This document shows positions 7,863-12,110 of a stretch of DNA of 12,110 nt, in pieces; the first letter of the stretch is position 1; every line of letters starts with the position of its first letter. The stretch lies in NCBI GenBank assembly GCA_043739185.1, contig JAYUEN010000366.1:1-12110 (forward strand), read 5' to 3'. Both the position numbers and the translations under genes were made by a program. The DNA is from Bdellovibrionales bacterium (lineage in GTDB: Bacteria > Bdellovibrionota > Bdellovibrionia > Bdellovibrionales > JAMPXM01). Under the pieces are notes generated by a model. It was not told the DNA's origin and did not search any database. It saw only the letters and a program-made list of their open reading frames with translations.

Positions 7863-8608
7863 AATTTTGTTCTCAATGTTTTCTGTTTGAGACCAGTAGC
7901 CGTCGGTTTTTCGGGCTCAATAACAAGAAAATTGGCATCGTAACTTACGATGCCCAAAAGAATACTCGAGACGACTCGATTGATGTCGACCCAATAGTAG
8001 TGGCTTCCAGCAAAAGGATTGAGTTGAAAAGGGTCCGCAACGAGCAAATTTTTTGTTCGACGATCGTGGCCTGCGAGAACCACAAAATGACCTGATGGCT
8101 CGCCAGCAATACTATTGTATTCATTGGTATCGGGCATTTCTCGGGCTGAGCGGTAAAGGTAAGTCGCGCTCAAGCCTGTCAAAATTGGGATATCGTTTTT
8201 CAAATACTTAAATAAAAGTTGCGGATTGAGATCTTCAAAAATTATTTTGCCACCGAGTTTTAAAAACTCAATATAGCTTTCAGAGGCTTGCCGTAATTTT
8301 AGATTTCGCTTTTCACGCTTTTGAGCATCTAGAAACGAACTCAAATTGATATCCGGATGAATAAACCAAGTCGGATCGAACAAATGTAAATTATAGGTGT
8401 AAATCTTTGCTCGGTAGCCACGCTTAAGCGCGTGACAGCCCAACATAACGGCAAGCGTTCCGCCATGTTCGAGTGATGGAATTTGCGAAATAATTCGTTT
8501 GAGATTTGTTTGGTCTTTATAATAAGCATAAATGCCGTGCAGACAAGTTGGCCCACAGGTTGTTTCAGTTGGCTGGGGCAATATTTTAAAGGGAAGAGTT
8601 TTGCGCAT
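7859..8608 (-). CDS. Peptidase C39-like (papain-fold, DUF3335-related) cysteine peptidase (249 aa)
   Basis: Q12-x5-C18 'QPTETTCGPTCL', catalytic His in GHFVVLAGHD and Asp in LLVADP. Its stop overlaps the RimK ATG (ATGA at 7862-7859). No GNAT domain is fused. Confidence 0.85.
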   Translation of the reverse strand: MRKTLPFKILPQPTETTCGPTCLHGIYAYYKDQTNLKRIISQIPSLEHGGTLAVMLGCHALKRGYRAKIYTYNLHLFDPTWFIHPDINLSSFLDAQKREKRNLKLRQASESYIEFLKLGGKIIFEDLNPQLLFKYLKNDIPILTGLSATYLYRSAREMPDTNEYNSIAGEPSGHFVVLAGHDRRTKNLLVADPFQLNPFAGSHYYWVDINRVVSSILLGIVSYDANFLVIEPEKPTATGLKQKTLRTKL

Positions 8609-8770
8609 CAGTTTGGTGTTCGCGACCTTGGTCTAGTTTGGTGTCCAGTTTCGGAGATCAATCAAATCGTACTTAATTATTGTTGTGAGACAAGTAGGGG
8701 AGGGTCAAGTAAAGGATTCTCCATTGGGCGTGCGCTTCATTGAAAGATTTCATCTTTTCTTAAAAATATT

Positions 8771-8797
8771 TGAATACAAAGCTCATCTTGCCGATAG
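8771..8797 (+). promoter_or_regulatory. sigma28 (FliA)-like promoter
   Basis: TGAATACA-N11-GCCGATAG versus the consensus TAAAGTTT-N11-GCCGATAA. The -10 box is 7/8 and the -35 box is partial. It ends 7 nt before ATG 8805. Confidence 0.6.
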
Positions 8798-8804
8798 AGA
8801 AGCA

Positions 8805-10016
8805 ATGAAAAGAGCATTTCGATTTATTCCCAAAAAGTTAAGGCATTCTTTGTATAGAAAATCCATTAGTCTTGATTTTTTAGAGGCCAAGGATATTCAT
8901 TTTAAAATTGCCGAATCTCAAGATGAACTCGAGCAAGCTTTCCGGTTGGTTTACCAAGTTCATCAACAAAAAAATCTGGTTTCGGTCAATTCCTCTGAGT
9001 TAAAGCTGAGCAAATCTCACCTGCTCCCAACGACCAAAGTTTTGATTGGCGTAAAAAATGAAAAAGTAGTGAGCTCGCTTTGTTTGAGCCTTGAGGGCCC
9101 ACTTAGAACGGCATGTGAAGAGCAATTTGATTTGAGTAATTTAAAGGCTCACAACAAATGTTTTGTCGAGATTTCAAATTTTGTTTTTGACTCCGATTCG
9201 TGCGAGGATTTCAAAACTCATCTCTTTCCTCTATGTAAATTGGCAGTTGAATTGAATAAAATATTTTTTAAAGCAGATTATTTTGTATTGGCAATGTTGC
9301 CAGAGTATTTCGATTATTGGCACTCCCTATTCTTTTTAGAAAAGTTATCAGATAAATCGGTGCGCTTTCAAGAGCTAAATGGCAGAGCGGCAGTATGTGC
9401 ATTTGCCGATATCAAAAAGCTAGAAGCGCAATTTTTGGCTCGATACGGTAAAAAAACGGCGCGCAGCAATTTGCACAAATACTTTTTTGCAGACGTAGAT
9501 GCTAGATTTAAAAATTTAAATGCTTTTGATATTGTCAGACAGCGATATACACCACAAATTTTAAATTACTTCTTCAATATTAAGACTAATATTTTTTCTC
9601 ACTTAACTAGTTTTGAAATTCGTACCATTCATAAAATATATGATGAAAATGAATATGAGGAAGTATTACCCAATGTGGGGTTCCGTACCAAATTTGAAAA
9701 TCAAAGAAACTCTAAGCGGCACCATACCCATTTGACGGGTAAAATTAGCGGAGAACATTCGATAAAAGCAGAGTTCCCGATTACCATTAAGACCGTCTCG
9801 CTTCATGGCGTTGGCGCAGTTTGTCCTCATAAGCTTCAAAATGAAAGCACCTATCATATGCTTGTGGACATTGGAGAAAAAACTCAAATCGCCCTTTTAG
9901 TAAGCCCTGTTTGGTCAAGTCGCGATCAAACTTATGGTTTTCTGATTCGTAACCAAAGTCCTGATTGGATGAGCTTTGTTGAAACCTTCAATAAAGAGCA
10001 GAAAAAAGCATCTTAA
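8805..10016 (+). CDS. FeeM-like N-acyl amino acid synthase (GNAT-fold) domain fused to a C-terminal PilZ-like domain (403 aa from ATG 8805; track starts at GTG 8685)
   Basis: 'FKIAESQDELEQAFRLVYQVHQQKNLV...HLLPTTKVLI...FVEISNF' resembles the FeeM/acyl-HSL-synthase-like core. The C-terminus has RxxxR (RNSKR) and a variant D/NxSxxG (TVSLHG), followed by a beta-rich segment ending VWS...YGF. Confidence 0.7.
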   Translation: MKRAFRFIPKKLRHSLYRKSISLDFLEAKDIHFKIAESQDELEQAFRLVYQVHQQKNLVSVNSSELKLSKSHLLPTTKVLIGVKNEKVVSSLCLSLEGPLRTACEEQFDLSNLKAHNKCFVEISNFVFDSDSCEDFKTHLFPLCKLAVELNKIFFKADYFVLAMLPEYFDYWHSLFFLEKLSDKSVRFQELNGRAAVCAFADIKKLEAQFLARYGKKTARSNLHKYFFADVDARFKNLNAFDIVRQRYTPQILNYFFNIKTNIFSHLTSFEIRTIHKIYDENEYEEVLPNVGFRTKFENQRNSKRHHTHLTGKISGEHSIKAEFPITIKTVSLHGVGAVCPHKLQNESTYHMLVDIGEKTQIALLVSPVWSSRDQTYGFLIRNQSPDWMSFVETFNKEQKKAS

Positions 10017-10063
10017 ATTTAAAAAAATTTTTGCGTGAAATGGCGTTCTGAGAATTGCCTGAC

Positions 10064-10099
10064 AAGGATCCATTTGTTTTTTTTATCAAATGGATCTTT
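10064..10099. terminator. Hairpin between convergent genes, probable bidirectional terminator
   Basis: AAGGATCCATTTG (10064-10076) pairs with CAAATGGATCTTT (10087-10099): 13 bp with one G-U pair and a 10-nt loop. Confidence 0.65.
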
Positions 10100-10110
10100 A
10101 AAAGTTCAGA

Positions 10111-11808
10111 TTATTTTCCGCCAACTGTTGGGCGTATGTCTTTGGCGGCCGGTGCAGCAGCCGCAGGAGCGGCAGCTTTATTGTCGCCTGCTTTTGGTGC
10201 AGACGCAGGTGCAGCAGGAGCAGCAGCTTTATTGTCGCCTGCTTTTGGGGCAGACGCTGGTGCAGCAGGAACAGCGGCTTTATTGTCGGCAGCTTTTGTT
10301 GCTACGACAGGAGGCGCAGCATCGGGTGCATCTTCATCTGGATCGTCAATATCTGAAGTTGTATCTTGATTAGGTTTTCCTAAAGCTTTGATAGCAGGAG
10401 CGGCGGCAACAGGAACCACCCCAGCTTTATTGTCGACAAGCTTTGGAGCAGCAGCAGCAGGACCGGCAGCAGCAGGACCGGCAGCAGCAGCAGGAGCGGC
10501 AGCAGCAGGAGCAGCAGCAGCAGGAGCGGCAGCAGCAGCAGGAGCGGCAGCAGCAGCAGACGGAGCAACTTTGTTTGGATCCCGTGTGTGCTTCATAATA
10601 AATTTTTCGAGTTCCGCATCATCCGAGTTCTTACGATCAAATTTATGAAACTTACGAATGCCATTTGAATCGTCATTTAATGTTAAAGTATTTCCATCTT
10701 TTGAGATTTCAAAACTTATTTTTTGATCCATTGAATAATTGATCAGACAATTTGCCAGAGTCTTTTGTTCAGGCGTTAGCTTAGCTTTTACTAGTAAATT
10801 GTCTGGGAAAGCATTCTTTTCACCGACAGCTGCTTTTACTTTAATGCTTGAGTCTGTGCTAGAAGTTTCAAACAAAATTCCATCGGCGGTGATATTTGAA
10901 GTGGCTTTAAGAATATCATCTGTCACATCGGCTAAAAGAATGCGGCTCATTCGAAAACCAACGCCCTCAGGTGTTAGCATTTTATCAATTGGAAGAATCT
11001 GATATTTACAAGCATATCTTTCAATGAACTTGTTTTGTTTGTCATCAAACCGAATATAATCAAAATTAGTTTTAGAAATTTTCATTTCTGGTTTTGATTT
11101 TGCTACTTTATCATCTTCAATTTGAAGTACCCATGATCCAGAAAGTGCTGAGCTTTGAAGCACTTCGATTTTAGGGGCTGGCGCGCCTCCTGGCTTTGTT
11201 GTTTCATCTAATGCTGCTGCTTTCAGTGCACTTGCGGCAAGGCTCGCCGGTGACTTTGCAAGCATATCTTTTTCAAGAGTTTGCATTTGTTCAGCAGTTA
11301 CTTTCTTAAAGCTCATTCCTGCAGCTGCTTTATCTGTTTCAGGAGTTCCATCAGACTTGAGGCCCAATACTAACTTATCAGCAGTGACCGAAAATTTGAC
11401 ATTACCTTGAGCCAAAGATACGGCGCAATCATTTGGAGCTTGTGGCGACTTTCCGCCTTGAGTCTCATTAAATTTAATATGTTTTGAAGTGACAGTAAAA
11501 TTTGAATGAGTCGTATCGGTAACCGCATTCACGGCCGGTGATTTGTCGATAGCATCAATGATACAAACCAATTTCAAGTTCATACTTTTTTCAGAAATAT
11601 TTAACATATAGAGATTTTGTTGTCCGGCCTTTGGGCTTTGGGGGTCGGAGGCCCAGGTGCCTACAATACTTTGTGCAGCGGCGAGATCCGCGGCCTTTGT
11701 TGTTTGATCAGGAGCAGATTTTTGACCGCAGCCGACAAAAGCAAGCACATAAGCACTTAAAGAAACTGATACTGCAAACATCATTTGTTTTTTGCTAAGA
11801 GAATACAT
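10111..11808 (-). CDS. Putative lipoprotein of unknown function with Ala/Pro-rich repetitive C-terminus (565 aa)
   Basis: Signal peptide II with lipobox LAFVG-C27 and an AAGGAAGG RBS. Two beta-rich regions begin IVGTW and LSGSW (lipocalin-like GxW starts), followed by a low-complexity tail of about 150 aa. Confidence 0.8.
   Translation of the reverse strand: MYSLSKKQMMFAVSVSLSAYVLAFVGCGQKSAPDQTTKAADLAAAQSIVGTWASDPQSPKAGQQNLYMLNISEKSMNLKLVCIIDAIDKSPAVNAVTDTTHSNFTVTSKHIKFNETQGGKSPQAPNDCAVSLAQGNVKFSVTADKLVLGLKSDGTPETDKAAAGMSFKKVTAEQMQTLEKDMLAKSPASLAASALKAAALDETTKPGGAPAPKIEVLQSSALSGSWVLQIEDDKVAKSKPEMKISKTNFDYIRFDDKQNKFIERYACKYQILPIDKMLTPEGVGFRMSRILLADVTDDILKATSNITADGILFETSSTDSSIKVKAAVGEKNAFPDNLLVKAKLTPEQKTLANCLINYSMDQKISFEISKDGNTLTLNDDSNGIRKFHKFDRKNSDDAELEKFIMKHTRDPNKVAPSAAAAAPAAAAAPAAAAPAAAAPAAAAGPAAAGPAAAAPKLVDNKAGVVPVAAAPAIKALGKPNQDTTSDIDDPDEDAPDAAPPVVATKAADNKAAVPAAPASAPKAGDNKAAAPAAPASAPKAGDNKAAAPAAAAPAAKDIRPTVGGK
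10163..10297 (-). repeat. 51-bp coding tandem repeat (~2.6 copies; KAGDNKAAAPAAPASAP)
   Basis: GC(A/G)GCTTTATTGTCG recurs at 10172, 10223 and 10274 (51-nt period). A fourth DNKA core lies near 10424. Confidence 0.9.
10445..10566 (-). repeat. GCA-rich coding low-complexity repeat (AAAAAP / AAAGP units)
   Basis: Runs of GCAGCAGCA interrupted by GGA/GGACCG on the + strand, encoding poly-Ala-Pro in the lipoprotein. Confidence 0.9.
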
Positions 11809-11852
11809 AGGGCCTTCCTTGAAAATAGATAAATGAATTCAAAAGCAATAAA

Positions 11853-11868
11853 TGCATCTGTGATGCCA
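11853..11868 (-). promoter_or_regulatory. sigma54 (RpoN) -24/-12 promoter for the lipoprotein
   Basis: The minus strand reads TGGCATCACAGATGCA, with exact GG-N10-GC spacing, 44 nt upstream of ATG 11808. An AT-rich tract lies upstream. Confidence 0.65.
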
Positions 11869-12110
11869 AATGTTTGAAAATGAGATTTATATGCAAAGCA
11901 TTTAAATTACTGAGGAAAAACAAGGCAGTATAGTTCGGGCTTATGAACTCAGTTCGATTTAAAGCCAGTGTGACGTTGCGGGATAGATGCTGTCAAATCC
12001 TTGGACAGGTCAATGGCCCCTTCTTCTTTTGGTTGGTCTAGCTATGTAGTGGCAATAGATTGCAGATAGTAGCTATGAGTTAAGTAGCCACATTTCTGCA
12101 TAATCTTAAG

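Noticed and set aside
6393..8608. Canonical graspetide/microviridin RiPP cluster
   Set aside because: No convincing precursor with leader and RBS is adjacent, the ATP-grasp is RLAN-RimK type, and the peptidase is not fused to an ABC transporter.
8685..8804. GTG 8685 start for the FeeM/PilZ gene
   Set aside because: It has no clear RBS, the extension contains the FliA-like promoter, and the protein-like sequence begins at ATG 8805.
10163..10297. 51-bp periodic repeat as a CRISPR array
   Set aside because: The intervening sequences are near-identical rather than unique spacers, the repeat is in frame within a CDS, and no cas genes are present.
10035..10648. ORFs 10035..10373, 10055..10369, 10380..10568 and 10388..10648
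   Set aside because: They are shadows of the stop-poor GCA-rich repeats in the lipoprotein tail.
341..11002. Other short track ORFs nested in or antisense to the main genes (e.g. 341..526, 1164..1472, 2252..2434, 2547..2777, 3261..3545, 3569..3848, 4007..4243, 4111..4302, 6402..7474 set, 8341..8743, 9666..9887, 10739..11002)
   Set aside because: They overlap longer genes with clear motifs and have no recognisable domains of their own.
12050..12064. TGGCAATAGATTGCA resembling a + strand sigma54 promoter
   Set aside because: The spacing is GG-N9-GC, and sigma54 requires N10.

Overview
AT-rich bacterial window, probably from a Bdellovibrionota/Oligoflexia-like organism. That placement is an inference from the TIGR02147/DUF4423-type HTH gene, the FeeM-like/PilZ fusion and the sigma54 and sigma28 promoter motifs. 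On the + strand at left, a sigma54-type promoter precedes a TIGR02147-like HTH protein and a 2OG-Fe(II) oxygenase. A ~600-bp gap follows, holding a hexamer tandem repeat, hairpins and a 30-aa Lys/Arg-rich gene missing from the ORF track (strong RBS, own terminator, resembling bS22/mS38-type ribosomal proteins), then a secreted DUF3465-type protein. The core is a tightly coupled six-gene minus-strand operon: C39-like papain-fold peptidase, RLAN+RimK ATP-grasp ligase, GCS2/YbdK-like carboxylate-amine ligase, N-formylglutamate amidohydrolase-like enzyme, small exported protein, and an MFS transporter whose first helix lacks a canonical start (candidate ATT overlapping the upstream stop). Divergent from it is a FeeM-like GNAT fused to a PilZ-like domain behind a FliA-like promoter. 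The window ends with a sigma54-preceded lipoprotein with an Ala/Pro-rich repetitive tail. No rRNA, tRNA, CRISPR array or mobile element was seen. All family calls are from motif recognition by eye, not database searches.
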